Source of the DNA: an uncultured Gammaproteobacteria bacterium
GTDB lineage: Bacteria; Patescibacteriota; Patescibacteriia; Magasanikbacterales; UBA922
DNA: 64,000 nt
Reading direction: 5' to 3'
Assembly: GCA_964522435.1 (NCBI GenBank)
Contig: CAZFUL010000002.1
Location: 44,631-108,630, forward strand
Position 1 is the stretch's first letter. Each line of letters starts with the position of its first letter. Below are positions 48,490 through 59,196 of this stretch, one piece after another. A model generated the notes under the pieces. That model did no database searches, was not told where the DNA came from, and saw nothing but the letters and a program-made list of their open reading frames with translations. A program made the translations under genes and the position numbers.

Positions 48490-51400
48490 ATGACAGACGT
48501 GATTAAATTTAGTAAAAAAGCATTTACCTGGTCTGTTGTGCTCATGACAATTTTGTGGAGTATGGGTGTTGCGGCTCTTATGCCAGCATCTGTACAAGCT
48601 GCAGAATGTCCTGCACTTGACCCAGGAACCGACTTTGTTGTACGCGGCGCACGCGCTGTATACAACCTTGATCAAAATTTAGAAAAACGCGCGTACCAAC
48701 ACGAAAAACATTTTCGTATGTGGCGCCGTGGTGAAGGCAATGCCGTTTTCTCTGGCGTTGTAACAATCGACCCAACATGTGCTGATGCATATGATTTACC
48801 AGGCTCATTGCCAATTTGGGTGGGTCCTTTCCCAGGTACTCTTGTTACCCATGAAGAAACACGTAACGTGTACGTTGTTGCTGATGGAAACAAAGCATAC
48901 CGCGTTCCTTCTGAAGAAGTTGCAAAAGCATTTTGGGGATCTAACGTGTTTAAACGCGTTACTACCATCTTGCCTACATACTGGGTAAACTTCTCTATCC
49001 AAGCAACTGATTTTAGTGGAGACGCTCCTGTAGAAGGATCTCTCGTTCGTCGATCTGGCGTTGTATACGTTATGATGGGCGGAAAACTTCACCGTGTAGA
49101 AGGTAGTATGCCAGCTGGTGCATTAGCACAAGCAGTGGACGCTACTGATGCACAATGGACATCTTGGGTTGGTTCAGTAGTTGACCAAGCGGTTACTGCA
49201 GAATCATTAATTTCAAACCCAGGTCGTACAACTGGAAGTTCTACTCCAACTGATCCAAACACACCTCCAGCAAGTAATGCTGCAGTTGCGTTAAGTTTGA
49301 GTGCAAGTACTCCAGCAGGTGGAACTGTTGCTGTTAACGTTGATAACGTTGAATTCACCAAAGTTGTTTTCAAAAACAATGGTAGTGATGCAGCACGCGT
49401 AACATCTGTACGTATTGGCCGTTCTGGACTTGGTCAAGTTGGTGATTTTGAATCAGTTACTTTGTATGATGGTGCTACCAAACTTGGTAATACTCGTACT
49501 TCATGGACTGAAAACAAATACATGAACTACAACATTCCAGAAGGTTGGGTAATCCCAGCAGGTGCATCTAAAGTATTGACCATCAAAGGTCGTTTAGACA
49601 CCGCTGCTACTTACAACGCACTTGGCGTTGAATCTCTTACCCTTTCTGGTGGAGCAGTTTCTGGTCTTCCAGTATTCGGAAACGAAAAATTGGGTGTAGC
49701 AGTAACTGTTGGTGGAGTAACTCTTACTGGTCGTGGTACTGACACACAAACCAAAAAAATTGGAAGCAATGACGTTACTTTAGCAGAATTCCGTTTAGCA
49801 ATGAACTCTGTCGAAGAAGTTGAATTGCAATCAATTACCTTAGAAAACAAAGGAACTGCTAACAATGATGATGTTGCAAACTTACACTTATATCGTGGAT
49901 CTACCAAATTGGCTGGTCCTGCACAAATTAATGCAAACGATCAAGTAAGTTTCGTTCTCTCTGAACCATTACTTATGGAAAAGAGTAAGAACTACGACTT
50001 CAAAGTTGTGGGTGATATCGTTGATGGTATTGATAAAACCGTTGTATTGGTTCTCGATGCATCAACCGATTTAGGAGCTGTTGGTTTAACCTACAAGAGT
50101 AGTGTTTCTGTAACATCAACTGATTTTGATGCAAATGCAGATAATGGAACAACTCAAACCACCATTGATGGTGCTGAGTTAAATATCAGTTTCACTTCAG
50201 TAGCACTTGATACTACTGATGACCGTGATGACGTAGAATTTGGTCGCTTAACCTTAAGCGCTGGATCTACTGATGTTGAAATCTCTACCTTAATCTTTGG
50301 TATTGATGAAGAAAACGGTGATGCTGATGCAACAAATAACGAAGACGTAACTGACTTCGAAATGGTTGACGTTCTTGATGGATCACTTTACAGTGGTACC
50401 ATGACTCTTGGTGGTGACAACGATGCTGACAGTGAATTGTGGACCTTTAGTGATGAATTATACTTGGTTGCTGGTCAACCTCGTACCTTCATCCTTCGTG
50501 GTGACCTTCCTGCAGGCATTGGAGACAACGATTCATATCGTGTTACCTCTACCATCAACACCACAAATGTTGTGGCAGAAACCAAACCAGGAAATGACGC
50601 AGTAGACAACTTCTCTATTGGAAGCTTTACAGGTAAATTAGTTACTGTAAAAGGTGCTGAATTAACTGTTCGCTCAACCAACATGAATGACAGCAACGCT
50701 GTATTCACAGAAGAAGGTGTTGTTCTCTTCAAAGGTTCATTGGAAGCATCTGTTGCAAGTGCACTTGATGTTGACCGTATGAAATTCGAAGGTGCGCATG
50801 AAACTGCAGGTAATACTACAGAAGTAAATGCAAACTTTGATGAAGATAACTGGTCTGAAATCGCACTCTATACCTGGAATAAAACAACTGGTACATGGGT
50901 TCGTCAACAAGCCTTAAATAGTTCAGACTTAGGTGATTCTATTATTGACTTCGATGATCTCGACTTTGAAGTACCAGCTGGTGCTGCAAATCGTGTAGAC
51001 TTTGAAGTTCGTGGTAGTACAAAATCTGTGTTTACTGCAAATACAACTGTTCATATTCAATTGGACACTGTAGAAGCAAATGATACAGATGGAGATGATC
51101 CAACTATCGTAAATACTGCTGGTGTTGCAATTCAAGATCAATTTGAACTTGAAACAACCCGAAGTGTTACCTTGCAAGAAGCTGGTGCGTTACAAATTTC
51201 TATGCGTACCACCGATGCTGGCTTTAACAAAGACCGCATCTTCTTAGCAGGATCTGGTATGTGGGTTGGTAAACTTCGCTTACGCGCATTATACGAAGAT
51301 ATCATGATTGAAGATCTTCGCTTAAAAAATGCAAACGCAGGTGAAGAAGTATCTGTACAAAGTGTCTGTCTCTACAAGAGTACTGTACTTAGTGCAGAAA

Positions 51401-52341
51401 ACCTCGTAGCATGTGCAAGCATGGACGAAAATGACGTGGTAGTATTTGATTCAATCAATGTTACTGTTGCTGAAGGAAGTCAAGATTGGTATATCTACGT
51501 TACCGCTACCCCAATGGGCGACGATGACGGTGATACCGCTGTAACACAAGATGTTATTGAATTACTTGTGGACAGTGCGACAACTGATTACGTTGTTGCT
51601 AAAGGTATCGGATCTAACACCGTTCTTGGTGCTGACGATGGTGACGAGGTAACTGCATCAGGAGAAATTACTTTCGACGCAGATAACGATGGAACCTTTG
51701 ATGAAGCTGGAGATACAACAACAGCAAATAGCAAAGAATTCACTATTGCTGGATCTAAAATTACTGATGTTTCAATGGTTTCATTTATCGGAAACTCACA
51801 ACAACCAGATTTGACGGTTGCTGCAGACATTAGTGGAACCAGTGAACACATTATTGCTATCTTAAAAGTTGAAACTGCTCTCCACAGTAATGAACGTGCA
51901 AATGGTGATGCCTTGAAACTCGCGTTGGACGAATTTATGTTCTACGTAGAAAAACAAGCAAGTACCACAATTAGTGGTGCAACCATTCAACGTTGGAGTG
52001 GGTCTAGTGGTACTGTTGCGTTAACATTAGATGGTGTTGACACTGATGGAGATACTACTGGTACCTTAACCTTAGCAGCGCCTACCTCTAGTTTAGGTGC
52101 TGACGCACAAATTGACGCAGGTCAAACTGCATACTTTGTGATCAAGGGAACCTTTAACGCCTTGAATAATTCTGCAAGCGTTAAAGACTTCATTACTGTT
52201 CGCTTGAACAGTCTTGATACCGCAACCAACAACATTGACTGGGTTGATGGTTACTCAGGATTCTTAGGCACTGCCTTTGAAGAATTGCTCTTAGATAAAA
52301 CAAGTGCTCCAGGTATTCAAGTTGATGAAGACCTTTCATAA
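48490..52341 (+). CDS. Large secreted acidic beta-rich surface (S-layer-like) protein
   Basis: Signal peptide ending VQA-A; T/D/V/G-rich Ig-like repeats; codon usage resembling the ribosomal genes; DxDxDG motifs. Confidence 0.75.
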   Translation: MTDVIKFSKKAFTWSVVLMTILWSMGVAALMPASVQAAECPALDPGTDFVVRGARAVYNLDQNLEKRAYQHEKHFRMWRRGEGNAVFSGVVTIDPTCADAYDLPGSLPIWVGPFPGTLVTHEETRNVYVVADGNKAYRVPSEEVAKAFWGSNVFKRVTTILPTYWVNFSIQATDFSGDAPVEGSLVRRSGVVYVMMGGKLHRVEGSMPAGALAQAVDATDAQWTSWVGSVVDQAVTAESLISNPGRTTGSSTPTDPNTPPASNAAVALSLSASTPAGGTVAVNVDNVEFTKVVFKNNGSDAARVTSVRIGRSGLGQVGDFESVTLYDGATKLGNTRTSWTENKYMNYNIPEGWVIPAGASKVLTIKGRLDTAATYNALGVESLTLSGGAVSGLPVFGNEKLGVAVTVGGVTLTGRGTDTQTKKIGSNDVTLAEFRLAMNSVEEVELQSITLENKGTANNDDVANLHLYRGSTKLAGPAQINANDQVSFVLSEPLLMEKSKNYDFKVVGDIVDGIDKTVVLVLDASTDLGAVGLTYKSSVSVTSTDFDANADNGTTQTTIDGAELNISFTSVALDTTDDRDDVEFGRLTLSAGSTDVEISTLIFGIDEENGDADATNNEDVTDFEMVDVLDGSLYSGTMTLGGDNDADSELWTFSDELYLVAGQPRTFILRGDLPAGIGDNDSYRVTSTINTTNVVAETKPGNDAVDNFSIGSFTGKLVTVKGAELTVRSTNMNDSNAVFTEEGVVLFKGSLEASVASALDVDRMKFEGAHETAGNTTEVNANFDEDNWSEIALYTWNKTTGTWVRQQALNSSDLGDSIIDFDDLDFEVPAGAANRVDFEVRGSTKSVFTANTTVHIQLDTVEANDTDGDDPTIVNTAGVAIQDQFELETTRSVTLQEAGALQISMRTTDAGFNKDRIFLAGSGMWVGKLRLRALYEDIMIEDLRLKNANAGEEVSVQSVCLYKSTVLSAENLVACASMDENDVVVFDSINVTVAEGSQDWYIYVTATPMGDDDGDTAVTQDVIELLVDSATTDYVVAKGIGSNTVLGADDGDEVTASGEITFDADNDGTFDEAGDTTTANSKEFTIAGSKITDVSMVSFIGNSQQPDLTVAADISGTSEHIIAILKVETALHSNERANGDALKLALDEFMFYVEKQASTTISGATIQRWSGSSGTVALTLDGVDTDGDTTGTLTLAAPTSSLGADAQIDAGQTAYFVIKGTFNALNNSASVKDFITVRLNSLDTATNNIDWVDGYSGFLGTAFEELLLDKTSAPGIQVDEDLS

Positions 52342-52380
52342 TCATACATAACTGTTGATTAGGACGCTTGCTTTCTAAGC

Positions 52381-52422
52381 AAAAAGACACCTTACCCCTT
52401 GGGGTAAGGTGTTCTTTTTTTT
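52381..52422 (+). terminator. Terminator of the S-layer-like gene
   Basis: ACACCTTACCCC-TT-GGGGTAAGGTGT followed by a T-tract. Confidence 0.85.
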
Positions 52423-52489
52423 AAAAAATACCACTCGACAGATAGACGCTTTTCCTATATACTCCCTGTACTATATTTTTGTTATCCTT

Positions 52490-54535
52490 ATGTATACCCA
52501 TGCGTCATTGTTATTAAAAACCATGCTTATTGCCTTGTTTGTTACGCCCTTGTTGGTATTTTCTGATCTATTTATCTTTCCCTTTGTTGTCTCAAAAGTA
52601 TTTGTGTTACGCTCGCTTATTATCGCGCTCGCTGCAGTTTATCTTATATTGGTACTCAACAATTGGCAGCAGTATAAAGTAAGCCCACATCCCTTGCATT
52701 ACGCGGTTATTCTTTTTTTACTCAGTTATAGTATCTCCACCTTTGTGGGAGTAGATTGGTACCGAAGTTTTTGGGAAAATCATGAGCGTATGTTGGGCTT
52801 GTTTACCCTGGTTCATTACATATTGCTCTATGCTATTGCCTCAAGTAGTTTACGCAGCTGGCAAGATTGGCGAACCGTTTTTCGTGGCATAAGTATCTTT
52901 GGGGGCATTGTCATGGTGATTGCCTTATTACAACAAATAAATCCGGAGTTATTACTGAACAGAGGAAACCGCTCTGCGTCTACTTTAGGAAATCCTATTT
53001 ATGTAGGCGGCTACGCCTTATTTTTATTGGCGGTTGCGTACCTCCTCATGATAAAAGAAACGGTTCGTTCTTGGAAACGGTTTGCTCAAATTGCTGCCCT
53101 CCTTGCATTGGGGGGACTGCTTGCAAGTGGCACGCGTGGATCCTTGCTCGGCTTATTTTCTGCGATTGTTGTGTCGTTAGTTGGGTATGTTATTACCATG
53201 AAACAATCCGCCGTTGTTCGTAAATGGGTGTCTATTGGCGCGGCATCATTTATTGTATTGATTTCGGTACTCTTCTTTTTTAGAAACACGGGGTTTGTTC
53301 AATCTATTCCAACGGTAGGTCGTGTTTTTTCTCTTTCTTTTTCTGCTACCACGTTAAATACCCGTTTAATGGCCTGGGATGTTGCCTGGCAAGGAACACA
53401 AGAGCATCTCTTGTTTGGCTGGGGACCAAGTAACTTTTTCTATTTGTTTAATAAATACTATCAACCAGAATTTTTGTATTATGGATATACAGAAACCTGG
53501 TTTGATAATGCGCACAATGTGGTGGTAAATACCCTCGCAACGCAGGGAATAGTTGGTGTTGTTGCGTACCTTGGGTTGTTTCTCACTCTTGCGTATTGTC
53601 TTATTCGCGCATATCGTCATCGTATGATAGACGCGCATGTAATGATTATTGGACTCGCATTTTTTGCGGCGCATTTTGTTCATAATCTCTTTGTGTTTGA
53701 AAATGTAACGTCCTATTTATATTTCTTTCTCTTTTTGGCCTTTTTTGCGAGTCAAACAACCATAGCCGTTGATAAAAAAAATACGGCGCTTGTGCGTAAG
53801 CCAGTGTCATCAGTGATTATTTGGGCTATTTGTCTGTTGGCCCTCGTATTCATTTGGATAACCAATATCAATCCTGCTCGAGCTAATGCACGAAGCCTTG
53901 TGGCATTACGCCAGTTGAATGCGCAATCAGAAGGGGTATTGGATTATTATGAACAAGAAGTTAAATCAATACCTACGCCACATCGTGATGATGTTGTTAT
54001 GGATGTTTCTCGTATATTTATTGCCAATATTGATGATTTGGTAAAACAAAATCGTTTAGAAGACATAGAGGCAGGGGCGTTACTTATGGAAAAAGACATG
54101 GCCGATATTCAGGCATTACACCCCTTAGATGTTCGTTTATACATTCAACGAGCAGAATTATATAGAATCATGGGAAATTATGCGCCCAGTGTTTCATTTT
54201 TTTATACAGAAGCTGAGAAATTATTACTCACCGCAAAGGAACTTTCTCCCAAACGACAACAATTAAATTATTTGTTAGCGGCAATTTATGCCATGCAAGA
54301 ACGTCATGATGATGCCATTGTCTTACTTGAAGAGGCACTTGCTGCTGATACTCGTGTGGGTGAATCATGGTGGCGCCTTGCCGTGACCCACCAAGATAAA
54401 GGAGATATAGAAAAAGCGACAGCGCTTATAGAAGAAGCGTTTGCGAAACAAGTACTGTTTGATACACGGGGACTTGATGTGATTCAAAATGTCTTACAAA
54501 TGACCTTACCACAATACCTTATTGAAACAATATAA
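52490..54535 (+). CDS. O-antigen ligase (Wzy_C) family protein with C-terminal TPR
   Basis: STLGNP, SGTRGSLLG, R..AW, LFGWGP.NF, FDNAHN; TPR-like helical tail. Confidence 0.85.
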   Translation: MYTHASLLLKTMLIALFVTPLLVFSDLFIFPFVVSKVFVLRSLIIALAAVYLILVLNNWQQYKVSPHPLHYAVILFLLSYSISTFVGVDWYRSFWENHERMLGLFTLVHYILLYAIASSSLRSWQDWRTVFRGISIFGGIVMVIALLQQINPELLLNRGNRSASTLGNPIYVGGYALFLLAVAYLLMIKETVRSWKRFAQIAALLALGGLLASGTRGSLLGLFSAIVVSLVGYVITMKQSAVVRKWVSIGAASFIVLISVLFFFRNTGFVQSIPTVGRVFSLSFSATTLNTRLMAWDVAWQGTQEHLLFGWGPSNFFYLFNKYYQPEFLYYGYTETWFDNAHNVVVNTLATQGIVGVVAYLGLFLTLAYCLIRAYRHRMIDAHVMIIGLAFFAAHFVHNLFVFENVTSYLYFFLFLAFFASQTTIAVDKKNTALVRKPVSSVIIWAICLLALVFIWITNINPARANARSLVALRQLNAQSEGVLDYYEQEVKSIPTPHRDDVVMDVSRIFIANIDDLVKQNRLEDIEAGALLMEKDMADIQALHPLDVRLYIQRAELYRIMGNYAPSVSFFYTEAEKLLLTAKELSPKRQQLNYLLAAIYAMQERHDDAIVLLEEALAADTRVGESWWRLAVTHQDKGDIEKATALIEEAFAKQVLFDTRGLDVIQNVLQMTLPQYLIETI

Positions 54536-54546
54536 TATCGTGTTAT

Positions 54547-55857
54547 ATGGATATTTATACGTATATACAACAAAAAGATATTCGCGTGACTGTTATTGGG
54601 TTAGGATATGTTGGCTTACCCTTAGCAATACTCGCCGCCACAAAAGGGATTACGACCTATGGCTACGATATTAGTACTGATCGCATTAATCAATTGAGAT
54701 CCGGCATATGCTATGTTGATGATGTATTGAGTGCTGATGTTGCGCGTTTTGTTGAAACAGAAACATTTATCCCAACGAATGATGCTTCTGTTATTGCGAA
54801 TTCTCATGTGGTAATAATTTGTGTTCCCACGCCCCTGACAAAACATAAAATTCCGGATGTAAGCTATATTACAAAAGCAGCAGAAACGGTAGGAACCTAT
54901 GTACAAAAAAATACACTGGTGATATTAGAAAGCACTACCTACCCTGGCACAACAGAAGAAGTCTTGGTCCCCCTTATTGAAAAACACAGTGGATTAATTT
55001 GTGGGACAGACTTTTTTGCTGCGTTTGCGCCGGAACGCGTCGATCCCGGTAATCAGCAATTTACTTTTCAGCAAATCCCGAAAGTCGTTGGGGGCATAAG
55101 CCCAGAACAAACAGCGGTAGCCGTTTCTTTTTATCGTCTTCTGTTAGATAACGTGCATCCGGTTTCCACAACTCGTGTGGCAGAAATGACTAAGCTGTTG
55201 GAAAATATTTATCGCTTGGTAAATATTTCTATGATTAATGAAATGGCGCTGTTGTGTGGCAAAATGGATATTGATATTTGGGAAGTGATTGAAGCAGCAA
55301 AAACCAAGCCCTACGGGTTTCAGGCATTTTATCCTGGACCTGGAGCAGGGGGGCATTGTATCCCACTCGATCCATTTTATTTGTCTTGGAAAGCAAAAGA
55401 ATATGATTTTCAGGCTCGATTTATTGAATTAGCAGGCGACGTTAATTATCGTATGCCAGAATATGCGATGAGTAAAATTATGTTTGCGTTAAACCAACAT
55501 AAAAAAGCATTAAATGGGTCACGTATTTTGGTGTTGGGGGTTGCATACAAACGTGACATTGCTGATCCGAGAGAATCACCTATTTTGCGTTTACTCGAAC
55601 TCCTCATGAAAAAGAAAGCGGTGGTAGAATTTTATGATCCGCATATTGAGTTGGTGCATATGGAAGATGAAGAACATACACAAATTTCTGGAAAATCATC
55701 TATACAGGCGAGTGATTATGCGAGCTATGATTGTGTGGTCATTGGTACTGATCATAATGCTATTAATTATGATGATGTGGTAAAACATGCCCCGCTCATC
55801 GTAGATTTACGCAATGCCATTAAAGATCGCTCACACGCGCATGTATATCGGTTTTAA
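54547..55857 (+). CDS. UDP-N-acetylhexosamine 6-dehydrogenase (WbpA/WecC-like)
   Basis: GLGYVGLP, CVPTP, ESTTYPGTT, PERVDPGN, GGHCIP.DP, LGVAYK..D.RESP. Confidence 0.92.
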   Translation: MDIYTYIQQKDIRVTVIGLGYVGLPLAILAATKGITTYGYDISTDRINQLRSGICYVDDVLSADVARFVETETFIPTNDASVIANSHVVIICVPTPLTKHKIPDVSYITKAAETVGTYVQKNTLVILESTTYPGTTEEVLVPLIEKHSGLICGTDFFAAFAPERVDPGNQQFTFQQIPKVVGGISPEQTAVAVSFYRLLLDNVHPVSTTRVAEMTKLLENIYRLVNISMINEMALLCGKMDIDIWEVIEAAKTKPYGFQAFYPGPGAGGHCIPLDPFYLSWKAKEYDFQARFIELAGDVNYRMPEYAMSKIMFALNQHKKALNGSRILVLGVAYKRDIADPRESPILRLLELLMKKKAVVEFYDPHIELVHMEDEEHTQISGKSSIQASDYASYDCVVIGTDHNAINYDDVVKHAPLIVDLRNAIKDRSHAHVYRF

Positions 55858-55863
55858 TCATCT

Positions 55864-56997
55864 ATGAAACGGGTGCTCATTCTTACGAGATTTTTTCCCC
55901 CCGAACAAGGAGCCGCACAAGAGCGAGTACGATTTTTTGCAGAACGAATAGGGCAACAAGGGCACACCGTGTCTGTATATACGACCTATCCTTCATATCC
56001 AGACTATCGTCATCATACACAACCAGACGTGGGTGCAACTTCTTACACGCTGTATCGTTTTTGGGCACCGGGTTGGGGAAGATCTTGGCGCGCACTTACG
56101 GAACTATGGTTTGCCGCTCGGGTGACGGTGCAACTCTTGCTTAGCAAAAAACCGGATATTCTTATTGTGAGTAGCCCTCCCTTTTTTTTAGCACTGGTTG
56201 CCGTATGTGTGCGATATATCCGTCGTCTTCCCTATATTGTCGATGTACGAGACTTGTACCCAGATTCATTGGTTCATGTTGGCTGGATTAACGCGACCCA
56301 TCCACTCAGTAGACTATTGTTTACCTTAGAAAAACGCGTATATGAGCAAGCAAAAGGAGTTATTGCGATAAGTGCACACATGAAAAAAACCATTCTTGCA
56401 AAAGCACCAACAGCGGTTGTGAGTACCATATATAATGGTTTGGATTATACGCAATATAGACAATATGAAACAGCGGTACAGATAACACCGCCCTTTGTGC
56501 ATTCCGATAAAAAAACCGTTATCTATATTGGTAACTTTGGTCGTGTCTATGATTTTATGACCATATTACAGGCGGCGAAACAATTGCAAAAAACCGCTTG
56601 GCAGTTTGTGTTTGTGGGAGCAGGTCAACAACAAAAAGACATGGAACAGTATATTCGAGAACAGGGCATAGAGAATGCTTTTTTGCTCCCAATGGTCGGA
56701 ATGGAACAGATACCATCCTATGTAAAAGCGGCAGATGTTGGTATTGTTTCGTTAAAAGATATTCCTTTAGCACAAGGGAGTATTCCAACAAAAATATTTG
56801 AATACATTGCAGCAGAGCTGCCCGTATTAGCACGGGTGTACGGAGAGGCACAAGAGTATTTTGATGGATATATTACGCCATTTTCTACTGCAGAGGATAT
56901 TGTGGCCTTTTTAATGAAACCGCTCCCAAAACAACAGCCGTTTATAGAACGGTTTGATAGGGAACATGGGTTACAGACATTATTATCAATAGTATGA
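55864..56997 (+). CDS. GT4 glycosyltransferase (WbuB-like)
   Basis: FPPEQGA, SSPP, DVRDLYP, YIGNFG, PTKIFEY. Confidence 0.88.
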   Translation: MKRVLILTRFFPPEQGAAQERVRFFAERIGQQGHTVSVYTTYPSYPDYRHHTQPDVGATSYTLYRFWAPGWGRSWRALTELWFAARVTVQLLLSKKPDILIVSSPPFFLALVAVCVRYIRRLPYIVDVRDLYPDSLVHVGWINATHPLSRLLFTLEKRVYEQAKGVIAISAHMKKTILAKAPTAVVSTIYNGLDYTQYRQYETAVQITPPFVHSDKKTVIYIGNFGRVYDFMTILQAAKQLQKTAWQFVFVGAGQQQKDMEQYIREQGIENAFLLPMVGMEQIPSYVKAADVGIVSLKDIPLAQGSIPTKIFEYIAAELPVLARVYGEAQEYFDGYITPFSTAEDIVAFLMKPLPKQQPFIERFDREHGLQTLLSIV

Positions 56998-58091
56998 AAA
57001 AAATCATGACCGTGGTTGGCGCACGTCCACAATTTATTAAACTTGCCCCCTTGGCAAAAGCGTTGGATGACCATGCCTTCTTTAGGCATATATTGGTGCA
57101 TACCGGGCAACACTATGATAGCAATATGTCACAGGTTTTTTTTGATACCTTAGGCATACGATCTCCAGACTATCAATATACTATTTCTGGTACAACGCAA
57201 GCAACACAAACCGCAGAAATGATGGTGTTGTTAGAACAAACATGTATAGAAGAGCTGCCCGATGCGGTGGTGGTATTTGGCGATACCAATAGTACCCTTG
57301 CCGCTGCCCTTGTTGCTGCCAAGTTGTGTATCCCAATCGTGCATATAGAAGCTGGGTTACGGAGTTTTGATATGCGTATGCCGGAAGAAGTAAATAGAAT
57401 TATTACTGATCATGTGAGTAGGTACTTGTCCTGTCCTACGGATCAGGCAAAAAATCAATTAGAAAAAGAAGGAGTCCATGAAAAAGCGACCGTGGATGGT
57501 GATATTATGGTAGATACCCTTCTGCATTTTTTACCGCTTGCAGAACAACGCCAAGGGCTCTTGGATACTTGGAACGTACTTCCAGATACGTATTACGTGT
57601 GTACTTTGCATAGAAATTTTAATGTAGATAACGAAAAGAATTTGGCAGCTATTGTTGGTGCTTTAGCAGCGACGAGAGTCCCTATTATTTTTTCACTACA
57701 TCCTCGTACAAAAAAACAATTAGAGCACTTTTCGTTATATAACAGACTTATTTCATATTCACACATTCATATCTGTGAACCCCTCGAATATATTGATATG
57801 TTGGCGCTTATGTACTTTTCTCGAGGAATTATTACTGATTCTGGAGGAATACAAAAAGAAGCGTATTTACTCAAGAAGCCCTGTATTACTGTGCGCTCAA
57901 CAACAGAATGGGGAGAGACCGTAGAGAGTGGTTGGAATACACTTGTCTGTAATAAAAACACCGGTATGATTGATGAGACGTTACTCACAACCGCTATAGA
58001 ACATCCTACCGCACATAGAGAAAATTGGATGCCATATTACGGAGATGGTAAAACTGTTTCGCGTATTATTGCTCTTCTTGAAACGATCTAA
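56994..58091 (+). CDS. wecB: UDP-N-acetylglucosamine 2-epimerase (non-hydrolysing, WecB/WbpI-like)
   Basis: GARPQFIK, HTGQHYD, GDTNST, HIEAGLRS, MPEEVNR, TDSGGIQKEA. Confidence 0.92.
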   Translation: MKKIMTVVGARPQFIKLAPLAKALDDHAFFRHILVHTGQHYDSNMSQVFFDTLGIRSPDYQYTISGTTQATQTAEMMVLLEQTCIEELPDAVVVFGDTNSTLAAALVAAKLCIPIVHIEAGLRSFDMRMPEEVNRIITDHVSRYLSCPTDQAKNQLEKEGVHEKATVDGDIMVDTLLHFLPLAEQRQGLLDTWNVLPDTYYVCTLHRNFNVDNEKNLAAIVGALAATRVPIIFSLHPRTKKQLEHFSLYNRLISYSHIHICEPLEYIDMLALMYFSRGIITDSGGIQKEAYLLKKPCITVRSTTEWGETVESGWNTLVCNKNTGMIDETLLTTAIEHPTAHRENWMPYYGDGKTVSRIIALLETI

Positions 58092-58098
58092 CGCTGCT

Positions 58099-59196
58099 AT
58101 GAAAAAAAATGTTTGCCATATTGCCCTGAGACATCCGTTATTTGATACGCGTGTTTTTTTTAAAGAAGCTCTGCCCTTATCACAAGCAGGATACCATATT
58201 ACGATAGTGGCGAAAAAAAGTGAGGGGACGGCCCCCGTAGGGATAGAAGCAATATCCTGTGATTCTTTTTTCACAGGCCTGCGTCTTTTATTGTCAAAAA
58301 AATTTGATGCGTATCATGTACATGATCAGACGTCGTTGCTATTAGGAATTATATTATGTAGCATAAAAAGAACCCCCTTAATTTACGATATTCACGAGCA
58401 TTATTTTTTATTTCCTCGGTTACGACGAGGATGGAAAAAAAGGATATTAAATCTTGTCTATGCCTATATTATTGAACCGCTTGGCATACAGCTCGCGGAT
58501 TTGTGTATAGGGGTAACACCGACGATGCAACGTGTCTATGGAAAAAAATCAAAACGATTTTTATATTTTCCTAATTATTATGTAGGGGAGATGAGCGCAA
58601 CGATGCCTGTAGAAAACAGGGAAGCACCGTTTAAAAATCGATTCGTGTTGTTGTATCAGGGGGGGATGAAACGAGAACGGGGGATATATCAATATATAGA
58701 TATTGTCGATGCGCTTCGGAAGAGCTTTCCGAATATTCTTTTGGCATATATAGGCCCCTTTGATGGTGCAGAAGATAAAGAGCTATTTATGCAGACAATA
58801 GAAAAAAAACAATTACAGGATAGTGTGTGGTATGGAGGGGCACTTCCATTTCAGGATGTGGGGAAATATACCGCACAAGCTGATGTGGGATTAAATTTTT
58901 TAGCAAATTCATTAAATAATAATTTGGGTATCCAAAATAAATTGTTTGAGTATCTGGCACACGGACTTCCTATTTTTTCTTCGGATAATGTTGAGTTTGT
59001 TCGTGATATATTAGTTCCTCAGGGCCTGGCTGTCATTGCGCCGTATGATAATGTTGCTATAAGTGTAACGCGTCTCTCTGAGATGCTCGCACAAAAAGAA
59101 TCGTATGTGCAGTCGGTGATACAGTATCGCGCAGGCTATCAGCAACAGCAGTATATTCCTTCATTAATTGCGGCATATAAAGAGATTGTGGGCTAA
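58099..59196 (+). CDS. GT4 glycosyltransferase
   Basis: HPLFDTRVFFKE, YDIHE, YQGG...RG, NKLFEY. Confidence 0.85.
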   Translation: MKKNVCHIALRHPLFDTRVFFKEALPLSQAGYHITIVAKKSEGTAPVGIEAISCDSFFTGLRLLLSKKFDAYHVHDQTSLLLGIILCSIKRTPLIYDIHEHYFLFPRLRRGWKKRILNLVYAYIIEPLGIQLADLCIGVTPTMQRVYGKKSKRFLYFPNYYVGEMSATMPVENREAPFKNRFVLLYQGGMKRERGIYQYIDIVDALRKSFPNILLAYIGPFDGAEDKELFMQTIEKKQLQDSVWYGGALPFQDVGKYTAQADVGLNFLANSLNNNLGIQNKLFEYLAHGLPIFSSDNVEFVRDILVPQGLAVIAPYDNVAISVTRLSEMLAQKESYVQSVIQYRAGYQQQQYIPSLIAAYKEIVG

